Made by a program: the position numbers and the translations under genes. The notes beneath the pieces were generated by a model that saw only the letters and a list, made by a program, of their open reading frames with translations, had not been told where the DNA came from and made no database searches. 64,000 nucleotides of DNA, from positions 16,814 through 80,813 of the forward strand of contig JBGTEY010000013.1 in the NCBI GenBank assembly GCA_041747555.1, in the 5' to 3' direction. Below, in pieces: positions 29,506 to 39,317 of the stretch. The DNA is from Patescibacteria group bacterium. Its GTDB lineage: Bacteria > Patescibacteriota > Microgenomatia > UBA1400 > PJMF01. Every line of letters begins with the position of its first letter. Within the stretch, counting starts at the first letter, position 1.

Positions 29506-29563
29506 GTCTGATGTCAGAGTTTTAGCCGATATAACTGTCACTATTCACCAATAATCTATGCAG

Positions 29564-29569
29564 TATAAT
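29564..29569 (+). promoter_or_regulatory. -10 element for the aspS leader
   Basis: TATAAT lies 7 nt before the start of Stem I of the T-box leader. Confidence 0.65.
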
Positions 29570-29576
29570 GAATGAC

Positions 29577-29795
29577 ACAAAGACCTTGAGTCTACTGACA
29601 ATAGACGAGATTTGTTTCAATGCTAATCAGGTCGCATAGGGTTGCAACTATGTCGGGTAAGCCCGTAATCGCTGGAATTAAGCAGGTTAGGCAGTGATAT
29701 ATTTCATTGTTTTATCCAAAAGAGGTGGCACCGTTCTTTATTTTTGAGAGCCCTCTTGAGCACGTCAATTGTATGGCGTATTCAAGAGGGTTTTT
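29577..29795 (+). ncRNA. T-box riboswitch (Asp, GAC specifier) with ultra-short Stem I
   Basis: T-box sequence AAAAGAGGTGGCACCG; antiterminator AAGAGG-TGGCACC-GTTCTT/GAGAGC-CCTCTT; overlapping terminator; K-turn Stem I with a CTGACAA loop; located upstream of aspS. Confidence 0.88.
29751..29795 (+). terminator. Intrinsic terminator (attenuator) of the T-box
   Basis: CCCTCTTGAG...TTCAAGAGGG stem followed by TTTTT. Confidence 0.9.
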
Positions 29796-29882
29796 CACGT
29801 GGAAATTCATTGAGTACAAAATGACGTCAAGTAATTATTTATAATGTTTCACGTGGAAAGTATATTTCCACGCGTGGAAATA
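29791..29882. repeat. Cluster of parS-like palindromes
   Basis: TTTTTCACGTGGAAAT (29791-29806), TGTTTCACGTGGAAAG (29845-29860) and the perfect palindrome TATTTCCACGCGTGGAAATA (29863-29882). Confidence 0.6.
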
Positions 29883-29897
29883 AATTTGAAAGGGAAC

Positions 29898-31346
29898 ATG
29901 TCATCAAAAAAGTCACAAGAAGAAACGCCAACAACACAGTTGGAGCGAACAGTAATGATTAGTACACCAGATGCAGTTGGAGCTCGCGTCCGACTCTGCG
30001 GCTGGGTTGAGACAAAGAGAGACCACGGCAAATTGACCTTTATCGATTTTCGCGACCGCACAGGTAGTGTGCAGTGCGTTGGATATCAAAAACTTGGCGA
30101 GGTCAGTGAGCAGTCGGTCTTAGAAATAATTGGTATGGTTAAGGCTCGACCAGAGCGAATGATCAACAAAGACATTCCAACTGGCAGCGTGGAAGTCGAT
30201 GTGGAATCCTACACAGTTCTTAACAAAAGTAAAGAACTTCCAATCCCTGTTGAGGGGCCTGGCTACGAAATTAAAGAAGAGTTGCGGCTTCAGTATCGCT
30301 ATCTTGACCTGAGAAGAAAACGTCTCAGAGACAATATCAAACTTCGTTCAGATTTGGCATTTCAAATGAGACAAAACCTTCACACAGAGGGCTTTACAGA
30401 AGTTGAGACACCGATGCTTACCAAATCCACCAAAGAAGGTTCTCGCGATTTTGTAGTTCCATCACGCCTTCAGCCAGGAAAATTTTATGCGCTTCCCCAG
30501 AGCCCACAACAGTACAAACAGCTGCTTATGACTGCGGGTGTAGAGCGCTACTTCCAGTTTGCACGCTGCATTCGTGATGAAGACTTGAGAGCAGATCGCG
30601 GGTTTGAACACACACAGGTTGACTTGGAAATGAGCTTTGTGACGCAACAGGAGGTAATGGACACCGTTGAGAAAATGGTAACGACTACCATGATTGATAT
30701 TGGTTGCACGCTCAAGGACACGCCATTCCCTGTATATCAGTACGATGATGCAATTAAGCAATTTGGACAAGACAAATTTGATATTCGATCAGAAGAAGAA
30801 AAAAAAGCTGGCGTTTTGGCATTTGCATGGGTTGTTGGATTTCCTTTCTTCAAGCAAGTCGACAAGACTGACATTGCAGAAGTACGAGACGGCAAGAGTG
30901 GATGGACATTTACACATAATCCATTTAGTTCACCCCTTCCTGAAAACGAATCTGATCATGTCGCAGCAAAGAACATAGAAAACATTGTGACCGCACAGTA
31001 CGACCTTGTATGCAACGGCTATGAAGTTGGCGGCGGAAGTATTAGAGCACATAAACCTGAGGTATTGCGCGCAACATTCAAAATAATGGGGTACTCAGAT
31101 GAAGAAATAGAAGCGAGTATCGGGCATATGCTTCAAGCATTTGAGGTCGGTACTCCACCGCATGGCGGAATTGCTCTAGGACTCGATCGTTTGGCAATGC
31201 TTGCGGCAGGCGAAACTTCACTTAGGGAAGTAATCCCGTTCCCGATGACCTCAAGTGGTAGAACTGCTGTCATGGATGCACCCAGTCCTCTAGCAAAAGA
31301 ACAGCTCGAAGAGCTCCAGTTGTCAGTGGTGGCTAAAGATGAGTAG
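29898..31346 (+). CDS. aspS: Aspartate-tRNA ligase (bacterial type, GAD insertion largely absent)
   Basis: RDHG, RYLDLR, EGSRDF, LPQSPQQYKQLL, RDEDLRADR, GGGSIR and PPHGGIALGLDR motifs. Confidence 0.97.
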   Translation: MSSKKSQEETPTTQLERTVMISTPDAVGARVRLCGWVETKRDHGKLTFIDFRDRTGSVQCVGYQKLGEVSEQSVLEIIGMVKARPERMINKDIPTGSVEVDVESYTVLNKSKELPIPVEGPGYEIKEELRLQYRYLDLRRKRLRDNIKLRSDLAFQMRQNLHTEGFTEVETPMLTKSTKEGSRDFVVPSRLQPGKFYALPQSPQQYKQLLMTAGVERYFQFARCIRDEDLRADRGFEHTQVDLEMSFVTQQEVMDTVEKMVTTTMIDIGCTLKDTPFPVYQYDDAIKQFGQDKFDIRSEEEKKAGVLAFAWVVGFPFFKQVDKTDIAEVRDGKSGWTFTHNPFSSPLPENESDHVAAKNIENIVTAQYDLVCNGYEVGGGSIRAHKPEVLRATFKIMGYSDEEIEASIGHMLQAFEVGTPPHGGIALGLDRLAMLAAGETSLREVIPFPMTSSGRTAVMDAPSPLAKEQLEELQLSVVAKDE

Positions 31347-31355
31347 AATACACGT

Positions 31356-32441
31356 ATGATTGCAGATACCCGTATTTATTTGACGGTTGGGTTGCCAGTG
31401 TTGGCTGTTTTGGGCGTGGCATTGAGTCTTGGATCGTATACGCCTCTTTCTACTGCAGCCAAACCGCAAACTATTACTGTGCATCAAGCTGCGTTGGGTC
31501 CAATGCCTATTTCTAGAGCACAGTATCAGTTGTTACTTGATGAGGAAAAAGTATCACAAACTGCGTTCGCACCACTTCTTGCGCAGACATTTACAAGTTC
31601 TAATGATGACGATATTTCTGAACTATCAGATTCAGGATCAACGACAGACCAATCGCTTCTTGGCGCTCCCTTAGAGAACCAGCCATCGTTGTCTGCTCAA
31701 GCAGCTCTCGTTCTTGATGAACGTTCGGGTTCGGTGTTGTTTGAGCACAATAGCGCTGCACGGCTGGCTCCGGCTTCGACGACAAAGTTGCTTACAGCTC
31801 TGGTAGCGCTCGATACGTTTCAGTTGTCGGACACGCTAACGGTTAGTAATCTGCAGGGTTTAGATGGCGCGCGGATTGGGTTTTTTGTTGGAGAAGCATT
31901 GACGCTTGATCAACTGTTGTATGCACTGTTGATTCAATCTGGCAATGACGCGGCTCTAGTAATTTCTCGCTCGCACCCCGAAGGAGAGCAAGGTTTTGTA
32001 GCTGATATGAATGAAAAGGCAGTAGCTCTTGGCTTAACTTCCACGCACGTGACCAATGCCATGGGTTTTGATCATCCTGATCATTACTCAACTGCGCGCG
32101 ATTTAGGAATTCTTGCACGCGAGGTAATGAAAGTGCCGCTACTTAGATCAATTGTTGCGCAACCAGAAACTATAATTACAGATGTGACGGGGCAGTTTTC
32201 ACACCGCATTTCTTCAACAAATGTACTACTCAGCGATGCAGCAATCATTGGCATCAAAACTGGCACAACAGACGAAGCGGGCCAGGTACTTATTACGCAG
32301 CGTGAAGAAAATGGCCGATCACTTTTGATGGTCATCATGGGGAGTGAAGATCGATATGCAGATACAACACGACTTCAGCAATGGATCGATCAGGAAATTA
32401 TTTGGATCACTCCAGATGAACTGCTTGCATTGACTCGATAA
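31356..32441 (+). CDS. D-alanyl-D-alanine carboxypeptidase (S11)
   Basis: PASTTK, SGN and KTG motifs. Confidence 0.93.
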   Translation: MIADTRIYLTVGLPVLAVLGVALSLGSYTPLSTAAKPQTITVHQAALGPMPISRAQYQLLLDEEKVSQTAFAPLLAQTFTSSNDDDISELSDSGSTTDQSLLGAPLENQPSLSAQAALVLDERSGSVLFEHNSAARLAPASTTKLLTALVALDTFQLSDTLTVSNLQGLDGARIGFFVGEALTLDQLLYALLIQSGNDAALVISRSHPEGEQGFVADMNEKAVALGLTSTHVTNAMGFDHPDHYSTARDLGILAREVMKVPLLRSIVAQPETIITDVTGQFSHRISSTNVLLSDAAIIGIKTGTTDEAGQVLITQREENGRSLLMVIMGSEDRYADTTRLQQWIDQEIIWITPDELLALTR

Positions 32442-32496
32442 CAAAGGAATAGCATCACTCTACTGAGAGTGATATACTCAGGAAATCAAACTACAT

Positions 32497-33813
32497 ATGA
32501 ACATAACAATAATTGGAACTGGTTTTGTGGGCGTTGTATCGGCGGCAGTGTATTCTTCATTTGGCAATACAGTCGTCGGGCTGGACGTTGATGAAAAGAA
32601 AATTGAGAGCTTGAGGCAGTCTAAAGTTCCTTTTTTTGAACCACAACTTGAGGAATTACTTGCTGAACAACAAAGCGCTGGCACTTTATCGTTCACTACA
32701 GAGTATGAAACCGCCATCCCAAACGCTGACGTTATCATCATTGCAGTGGGAACACCTTCTGATGAAAATGGAAACGCAAATTTAACCTATGTGTTTTCTG
32801 CTGTCGAAAGTGCGGCAAAATACCTCAAGGAAAACGCAATTCTAGTGGTTAAATCAACCGTTCCACCTGGCACGCTTATAAAAGTAAAAGATCTTGCGGC
32901 TGCGCAAACAGATGTGACGATTCATTTGGCATCCCTACCAGAGTTTTTACGTGAGGGAAGCGCAGTCCACGACACTCTGCATCCAGACAGGGTTGTAATC
33001 GGTGCTGAAAATGACTTTGTTTTCGAAAAATTAGAAGAGCTTCACAAACCGCTCAAAGCCCCCGTACTCAAAATGTCCCCAGAATCTGCTCAAATGACAA
33101 AGTATGCTGCAAACGCTTACTTGGCGACTCGAATCGCGTTTATCAATCAAATTGCCGACATCTGTGAAACCAACGGTGCTGATATCCAGGAAGTGATAAC
33201 TGGAATTGGATATGATGCTCGCATCGGTGACCATTACTGGTATCCAGGACTTGGCTATGGCGGGTCTTGCTTTCCCAAGGACGTGCGTGAGATTGCACTC
33301 TATTCGAAATCGGTAGGCATGGATGACAATTTATTTGCCAAAATTCATCAACTCAATGTATTTAGAATTTCCGAACGACTCAATCGATATGAGAAATTAG
33401 TAGGTGGTTGGAATGGAAAAACAGTTGCAGTTCTTGGATTATCCTTTAAACCAAACACTGACGACTTGAGGGAAGCGCCAAGTCTTTCGGTCATACCAAG
33501 CTTACTCGAATCAGGTGCTGTTGTACGCGGATTTGATCCTGCAGCACAGTACGTGCTCCCAGAAAGTAATCCAAATGCAGAGCAGTATGATCAAGTTGCC
33601 ACGCTCAATGAGGCAGTTGCTGGCGCAGATGTTGTAATGGTTCTCATCGAGTGGCCGGAGATTTTAAAATTTGACTACAGCACTGCTCGAGATACAAAGA
33701 AGACACAATGGTTTATTGATACTAGAAACCAGATGAATCCTGAGAATTTGAAAAAACAAGGCTTTAACTATCTTGCTACTGGCCGTCCTGAAACAGAAGA
33801 AGGAGCTCAATGA
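32497..33813 (+). CDS. ugd: UDP-glucose/GDP-mannose 6-dehydrogenase
   Basis: GTGFVG, KSTVPPGT, PEFLREG, GYGGSCFPKD and FKPNTDDLRE motifs. Confidence 0.92.
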   Translation: MNITIIGTGFVGVVSAAVYSSFGNTVVGLDVDEKKIESLRQSKVPFFEPQLEELLAEQQSAGTLSFTTEYETAIPNADVIIIAVGTPSDENGNANLTYVFSAVESAAKYLKENAILVVKSTVPPGTLIKVKDLAAAQTDVTIHLASLPEFLREGSAVHDTLHPDRVVIGAENDFVFEKLEELHKPLKAPVLKMSPESAQMTKYAANAYLATRIAFINQIADICETNGADIQEVITGIGYDARIGDHYWYPGLGYGGSCFPKDVREIALYSKSVGMDDNLFAKIHQLNVFRISERLNRYEKLVGGWNGKTVAVLGLSFKPNTDDLREAPSLSVIPSLLESGAVVRGFDPAAQYVLPESNPNAEQYDQVATLNEAVAGADVVMVLIEWPEILKFDYSTARDTKKTQWFIDTRNQMNPENLKKQGFNYLATGRPETEEGAQ

Positions 33814-34775
33814 GCGAGGACTCTAAACCAATTTTGATTACTGGTGGAACCGGCTTTGTCGGTGCACATCTAGTACAGTTTCTGAAAGACGCTGGCGAAC
33901 AAAACATCCACGTCACTACATTTGGTGGAGTTCCCGAGTCTTTGAGAGAAACACTCGAAGGTGTGCAAGTCCACGCGGTGGATTTGACAGACCAAACTGC
34001 CACAGCGCAACTATTCGAAACAATTGCTCCTAAACAAATATATCATTTGGCAGCATTTTCATCGGTTGCGGATAGTTTGGGTAATGTCCAGAAAACCCTT
34101 GAAAATAATATTAATCTTCAAGTCTCTGTACTCGAGGCAATTCGTGAAAAAGCACCTGATGCTCGAGTACTGATTGTTGGGTCTGCAGAAGAGTATGGTT
34201 TGAGTAAGCCTGGCGAAGTTCCAATATCCGAAGACCATCCACTCAGGCCAGCTAATCCATACGCTGTTTCTAAAGTTACGCAAGATTTGTTGGCGTACTC
34301 CTATCAAGTCAGTTATGGTCTCTCAATCCTTCGAGTGCGTCCATTTAATCATACTGGTGCTGGTCAACACCCGAACTTTGCAATTCCAAGTTGGGCGCAA
34401 CAAATTGTTGCAATAGAGCGCGGTGCTGAGCCTGTGCTTCGTGTTGGTAATTTAGAAGCGATTCGCGATATTTCACACGTACAAGATGTAGTTAACGCAT
34501 ATTCAATAATCATGGAAAAAGGCACTGTGGGCGAAGTTTATAATGTCGGTACGGGCACTGGGGTAAGTATGAAGCAGGTAGTGGATGCGCTTATAGCAGC
34601 ATCTATCAAAGAAATAGCAGTCGTCGTTGATCAAGAACGCTTACGCCCACTTGATATTCCAGAGATGATAGCCAATAATGAAAAGGTACGAGGACTCGGT
34701 TGGGAACCAACTCACTCTCTAGCAGATATCGTGAACGAAGTATTAGAGTGGTATAGAACGCAGGAGGACGAATGA
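33810..34775 (+). CDS. rmd: GDP-4-keto-6-deoxy-D-mannose reductase-like SDR
   Basis: [28 protein letters not shown] and GNLEAIRD motifs; coupled to gmd. Confidence 0.8.
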   Translation: MSEDSKPILITGGTGFVGAHLVQFLKDAGEQNIHVTTFGGVPESLRETLEGVQVHAVDLTDQTATAQLFETIAPKQIYHLAAFSSVADSLGNVQKTLENNINLQVSVLEAIREKAPDARVLIVGSAEEYGLSKPGEVPISEDHPLRPANPYAVSKVTQDLLAYSYQVSYGLSILRVRPFNHTGAGQHPNFAIPSWAQQIVAIERGAEPVLRVGNLEAIRDISHVQDVVNAYSIIMEKGTVGEVYNVGTGTGVSMKQVVDALIAASIKEIAVVVDQERLRPLDIPEMIANNEKVRGLGWEPTHSLADIVNEVLEWYRTQEDE

Positions 34776-35749
34776 AAAAAGCATTTATAACTGGCATTAC
34801 TGGCCAAGATGGATCGTATTTAGCTGAGTTTTTACTCGAGGAGGGGTACAAGGTCTATGGATTGACCAGAAGAACCAGCACTCAAAATTTTGCTCGAATC
34901 AATCATATTATTCACGATCCCAATCTCGAATTAATATCTGGCGATTTAATTGATCAACATTCCTTGACCTACGCTATCAAAGATATTCAACCTGATGAAG
35001 TTTACAATTTAGCTGCGCAGTCATTTGTACAAGCATCCTGGGAACAACCAGTTTTAACAGGAGAATTTACGGCAATTGGCGTCACGCGCGTACTCGAGGC
35101 AATACGCCTGGCATGCCCATCGGCAAAATTTTATCAAGCAAGCTCAAGTGAAATGTTTGGCAGAGTTCAGGAAGTTCCTCAGAATGAGGATACTCCGTTT
35201 TATCCTCGATCACCCTATGGCGTTGCCAAGGTGTATGGTCACTGGATCACCGTCAATTATCGTGAATCATTCGATATGTTTGCAGTATCAGGGATTTTAT
35301 TTAATCACGAATCACCCCGAAGAGGTCTAGAATTCGTTACCAGAAAAATTGCAAATGCGGTTGCCCGCATTAAACTTGGTAAGCAAGAATTCGTTGAACT
35401 CGGGAATTTAGAGGCAAAACGCGATTGGGGATATGCCAAAGATTATGTGAGAGCGATGTGGCTGATGCTACAACAAGAAGAGCCGCAGGATTATGTCATT
35501 GCAACGGGCGAAACACACTCTGTTAAAGAATTTCTACAATTAGCGTGTAAATCAGCTGGACTCGAGGATTGGGAAGCCGTGTATAAACACAACAAGCAGT
35601 TTGACCGACCTGCAGAGGTGGATTTATTGATAGGCGATCCTTCACAAGCCCAAGCACAATTGGGTTGGGAGCCAACTATTTCATTTGAAGAGCTGGTTGA
35701 TCTCATGGTGCAGGCAGAACTGGAACTCGAATCAAAAACAGAACTATAA
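34772..35749 (+). CDS. gmd: GDP-mannose 4,6-dehydratase
   Basis: [32 protein letters not shown] and FNHESPRRG motifs. Confidence 0.97.
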   Translation: MKKAFITGITGQDGSYLAEFLLEEGYKVYGLTRRTSTQNFARINHIIHDPNLELISGDLIDQHSLTYAIKDIQPDEVYNLAAQSFVQASWEQPVLTGEFTAIGVTRVLEAIRLACPSAKFYQASSSEMFGRVQEVPQNEDTPFYPRSPYGVAKVYGHWITVNYRESFDMFAVSGILFNHESPRRGLEFVTRKIANAVARIKLGKQEFVELGNLEAKRDWGYAKDYVRAMWLMLQQEEPQDYVIATGETHSVKEFLQLACKSAGLEDWEAVYKHNKQFDRPAEVDLLIGDPSQAQAQLGWEPTISFEELVDLMVQAELELESKTEL

Positions 35750-35752
35750 AGT

Positions 35753-36910
35753 ATGAAACACGCCGTTGTCATCATTCCAACTTATAACGAGCGAGAGAAC
35801 ATTCAGGTAGTTATTCCTGCCCTTCATGACGTTTTTTCAGGCATTTCCAGCTGGAAGATGTCTATATTGGTCGTAGATGATACTTCACCTGATAAAACCT
35901 ATGAGGTGGTGGAAGAACTTTCCAAGAAATACCCCTTCGTTCACCTACTAAAAAATAAGCAAAAGTCAGGTCTTGGTGGCGCGTATCTCAAAGGTATGGC
36001 AGAAGCCTTCGGAGCTCTTGATGCAGACGTTATCTTCGAGTTTGACGCCGATCTCTCACACGACCCAACCAAGATCCCTCAATTTTTAGCAGCTGTTGAT
36101 GCTGGGGCTGATATGGTGCTTGGATCTCGTTATATTCCTGGTGGTAGTATCCCAAAAAATTGGGGGCTCCATCGCAAATTCTTTAGTGTGGTAGGTAATA
36201 TAGTTATCGCACTTGTTTTGACCAACTTCTCAATTAGAGATTGGACTACAGGATTCCGCGCGATCACTAAAAAAGTCTATGACGCAGTGCATCCATCACT
36301 CCATACGGAACAATTTTCTGGGTATACGTTTCAAATTGGTTTTCTCCACGCCGCAGTCAAAAATAAATTTAATATAACAGAGGTGCCATTTCATTTTGCA
36401 GATCGAACCATTGGGCATTCTAAGTTGGGCCCTGAATACATCAAAAATACACTCCTCTACATTATTAGAGTCAGATTGCAGGATGTGTACGCGAGTAGAG
36501 TATTTAAGTTTGCAGTGGTGGGTGGTGTTGGTGCGCTTATTCAACTTTCAAGCTTGCAGCTGTGGAGACTCATCGTGCCATTCCAACTTGCATTTTTTCT
36601 TTCCATAGAAACAGCTATTATTTCTAACTTTATTCTCAATAATACATGGACATTTTCTGATCATCAGTTAGCACTAGCTGATTTTCCTAAGAAGTTTTTG
36701 CAATTTAACTTTACCTCTGGAGGGTCAATCATTATTCAACAATTGGTGGCTATCTTTGGCGAGTTGTTTGTGGGTCTCATCACCTTATTTACCATTCCAT
36801 TTCTCAATTTTCCGTTTGATACTGGCACGCTCTATGCAATTATTGGGATTTTACTTGGCATGACCTGGAATTTCTTTGCTTACACCAAATTTATTTGGAA
36901 GACTGCCTAG
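35753..36910 (+). CDS. Polyprenol-phosphate mannose synthase (DPM1-like) fused to a GtrA domain
   Basis: IPTYNE, DADLSHDP, GSRY and DWTTGFR motifs; C-terminal KFAVVG...NFILNNTWTF GtrA region. Confidence 0.9.
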   Translation: MKHAVVIIPTYNERENIQVVIPALHDVFSGISSWKMSILVVDDTSPDKTYEVVEELSKKYPFVHLLKNKQKSGLGGAYLKGMAEAFGALDADVIFEFDADLSHDPTKIPQFLAAVDAGADMVLGSRYIPGGSIPKNWGLHRKFFSVVGNIVIALVLTNFSIRDWTTGFRAITKKVYDAVHPSLHTEQFSGYTFQIGFLHAAVKNKFNITEVPFHFADRTIGHSKLGPEYIKNTLLYIIRVRLQDVYASRVFKFAVVGGVGALIQLSSLQLWRLIVPFQLAFFLSIETAIISNFILNNTWTFSDHQLALADFPKKFLQFNFTSGGSIIIQQLVAIFGELFVGLITLFTIPFLNFPFDTGTLYAIIGILLGMTWNFFAYTKFIWKTA

Positions 36911-36914
36911 TATC

Positions 36915-38498
36915 ATGAGAACGTCCAGCACACTGCCCGAGCCACTTAAAAAAATAGTTGCGGCTTCCACAAAGGTGTATACCAGGGTCTATTCCAGAAT
37001 ATCTGGGTTTGGATGGGAAGAGAAGGTTTTAATACTTATTTTTTTTGCTGCCTGTTATTTACGCCTCTATAATATTCCCGATACCGTGCAATTTTTAGGT
37101 GATCAGGGCAGGGATGCGTTGATTGTTTCTCGGATATTTACCGAAGGCGACTTAGCGTTTATTGGGCCGGTTACCAGCGTTGGAAATGTATACCTTGGGC
37201 CGGCATATTACTATTTTATGCTGCCATTTTTGTGGCTGAGTTATCCAAGTCCACTTGGTCCTGTATATGCTGTTGCTGCACTTAGTATCTTTACGACTGC
37301 TTGCATGTATCTGTTTGGCAAGCACATGTTTGGAAAAAGAACTGCGCTGATTGCAACCGCGTTGTTCGCATTTTCAAGTACAGTTGTCACGTATGCGCGA
37401 TTTAGCTGGAATCCAAATCCTGCACCATTTGTTTCCTTGTTTGTTTTGTATGCAACGTGGAGATCGTTTAATGATGCTCGGTGGTTGATTGGCGTTATTG
37501 CGGGGTTAAGTCTTTTGGTCCAGCTTCACTATTTAACGTTGCTGCTGTTTCCTGCAATCGGGCTCATTTGGTTGTACCAATTGTGGCAGCTCCATCAAGC
37601 TACCAAAAAAAATGTGATGGAGGTATTAAAGCCAACAGCGATCGGCATAATTATTTTTGCAGCATCGCTAGTACCATTACTTTTATTTGACATGAAACAT
37701 GACTGGCTCAACTCGAGAGCATTTTATGAAATGTTTTTTGGAAACTCAGAACTCAACGTTGATGATGCCTCACTGGGGAGTAAATTGCTGAGTGCACTTA
37801 CAGAAACTCATGGTCGAAGCATGCACATTCTATTCGAAATAACGATCGGAAAGTTTCGAATGCTCAATTCCGCATTACTTATCGGTTTTTTGGGAGGAAT
37901 GTGGTACTTAGTGCGATCAGATCATAAGCACCAGTTGGGTCTGCGCATACTGCTCATTATTTTCATAACCAGCGTCATCGGAATTAGTTTTTATCAACAC
38001 TCAGTTTTTGATCACTACATTGCATATTTGTTTCCAGTAACCATGTATTTGCTTGCTATCGCGATTAATGAACTTCTTACTATTAAATATATAGGACCGG
38101 TTGCTGCATTTGCTTTTGCATTTTACTTTGTTGGATTCAATCTACGAACGTATCCACTTGATTCGCTTGGGTGGACGATGTCTGATATGCAAAAAACTAC
38201 TATGACAATTTTAGAACGTATTGATGACAATGAGAAATATAACCTTGTGCTCTTATCACCAACTGGCGATATTGAGGCACTGAGCTATCGATACTTTTTA
38301 CACGCAAGTGACAAACCACCGTTGCGAACAGAAGAACGACTTGAAGCAGAAACCCTTTTTATAATCGATGAAGATCGAACGCTGCAAAAATCAACAGACT
38401 CACCTGTGTATGAAATAGTTGTGTTTCCAAATAAAGAGCCTGATGAGATCTATGAAATTCAGGGTGGTCCAAGGATAACAGTACTGAGAAGAGAATAG
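36915..38498 (+). CDS. GT-C membrane glycosyltransferase (ArnT/PMT-like)
   Basis: LRL...DQGRD, GPAYYY, RFSWNP and QLHY motifs; multiple TM helices. Confidence 0.85.
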   Translation: MRTSSTLPEPLKKIVAASTKVYTRVYSRISGFGWEEKVLILIFFAACYLRLYNIPDTVQFLGDQGRDALIVSRIFTEGDLAFIGPVTSVGNVYLGPAYYYFMLPFLWLSYPSPLGPVYAVAALSIFTTACMYLFGKHMFGKRTALIATALFAFSSTVVTYARFSWNPNPAPFVSLFVLYATWRSFNDARWLIGVIAGLSLLVQLHYLTLLLFPAIGLIWLYQLWQLHQATKKNVMEVLKPTAIGIIIFAASLVPLLLFDMKHDWLNSRAFYEMFFGNSELNVDDASLGSKLLSALTETHGRSMHILFEITIGKFRMLNSALLIGFLGGMWYLVRSDHKHQLGLRILLIIFITSVIGISFYQHSVFDHYIAYLFPVTMYLLAIAINELLTIKYIGPVAAFAFAFYFVGFNLRTYPLDSLGWTMSDMQKTTMTILERIDDNEKYNLVLLSPTGDIEALSYRYFLHASDKPPLRTEERLEAETLFIIDEDRTLQKSTDSPVYEIVVFPNKEPDEIYEIQGGPRITVLRRE

Positions 38499-38543
38499 AG
38501 ACAACCTATCGAGCTTGAGGTAATATAGTGTATGATAGTCACC

Positions 38544-39317
38544 ATGAAACCTTTTGTATCTGTCGTTATTCCATCATTTAATGAAATGAATAATATCAAG
38601 AAACGAGTTCTTGATGACGTGTACCTATTCATGAGCTCGCAATCTTATGCTTTTGAAATTATCCTCAGTGACGATGGTTCAACAGATGGCACAGTAGACG
38701 CACTCATTGCATTCGCCTCAGATAAAAAAGAAGTGCGGGTACTAGAAAATGCTCATGCTGGAAAAGCACCAACGGTGAAAAGCGGCATGCTCGAAGCCAA
38801 GGGAGAATGGAGACTCTACACCGACTTTGATCAATCAACGCCCATTTCCGAGCTCACGAACCTTCTTGAAACTGCAAACAAAGGTCATGACATCGTCATC
38901 GGCTCAAGAGAGATGGTTGGAGCTAAGCGAGAGAAAGAACCTTGGTATCGGCGATTGATGGGGAGAGGATTTAATATTTTGGTGCAAATAATTGCTGTGC
39001 CTGGCATTCTTGATACACAGTGCGGATTTAAACTTTTTTCTGATACAGCTACAGATCAGCTGTTTAATCAACTTATCGTATATGGTTCTCAGAAGGAGCG
39101 TGCAGACGCCTATACCGGCGCATTTGATGTTGAGTTACTTTTCTTGGCATATAAGCAGGGGTACTCAATTAGAGAAGTGCCCATACAATGGAATCATGCA
39201 GAGACCAATAGAGTCAGTCCAATCAAAGACTCGATTAGAATGTTGTGGGACATTATCAAAATTAAAGCACAGTATGTCTTCGGAAATTACTCATTAGAGC
39301 AGTCATTGAAAGCATGA
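38544..39317 (+). CDS. Dolichyl/polyprenyl-phosphate glucosyltransferase (ALG5-like GT2)
   Basis: DDGSTD, TDFDQSTP, GSR, DTQCGFKLF and FDVELL motifs. Confidence 0.9.
   Translation: MKPFVSVVIPSFNEMNNIKKRVLDDVYLFMSSQSYAFEIILSDDGSTDGTVDALIAFASDKKEVRVLENAHAGKAPTVKSGMLEAKGEWRLYTDFDQSTPISELTNLLETANKGHDIVIGSREMVGAKREKEPWYRRLMGRGFNILVQIIAVPGILDTQCGFKLFSDTATDQLFNQLIVYGSQKERADAYTGAFDVELLFLAYKQGYSIREVPIQWNHAETNRVSPIKDSIRMLWDIIKIKAQYVFGNYSLEQSLKA

Noticed and set aside
29711-29733. TTATCCAAAAGAGGTGG resembling the 5' end of a SAM-I riboswitch
   Set aside because: The remaining SAM-I core is absent, and the segment is fully explained as the T-box antiterminator.
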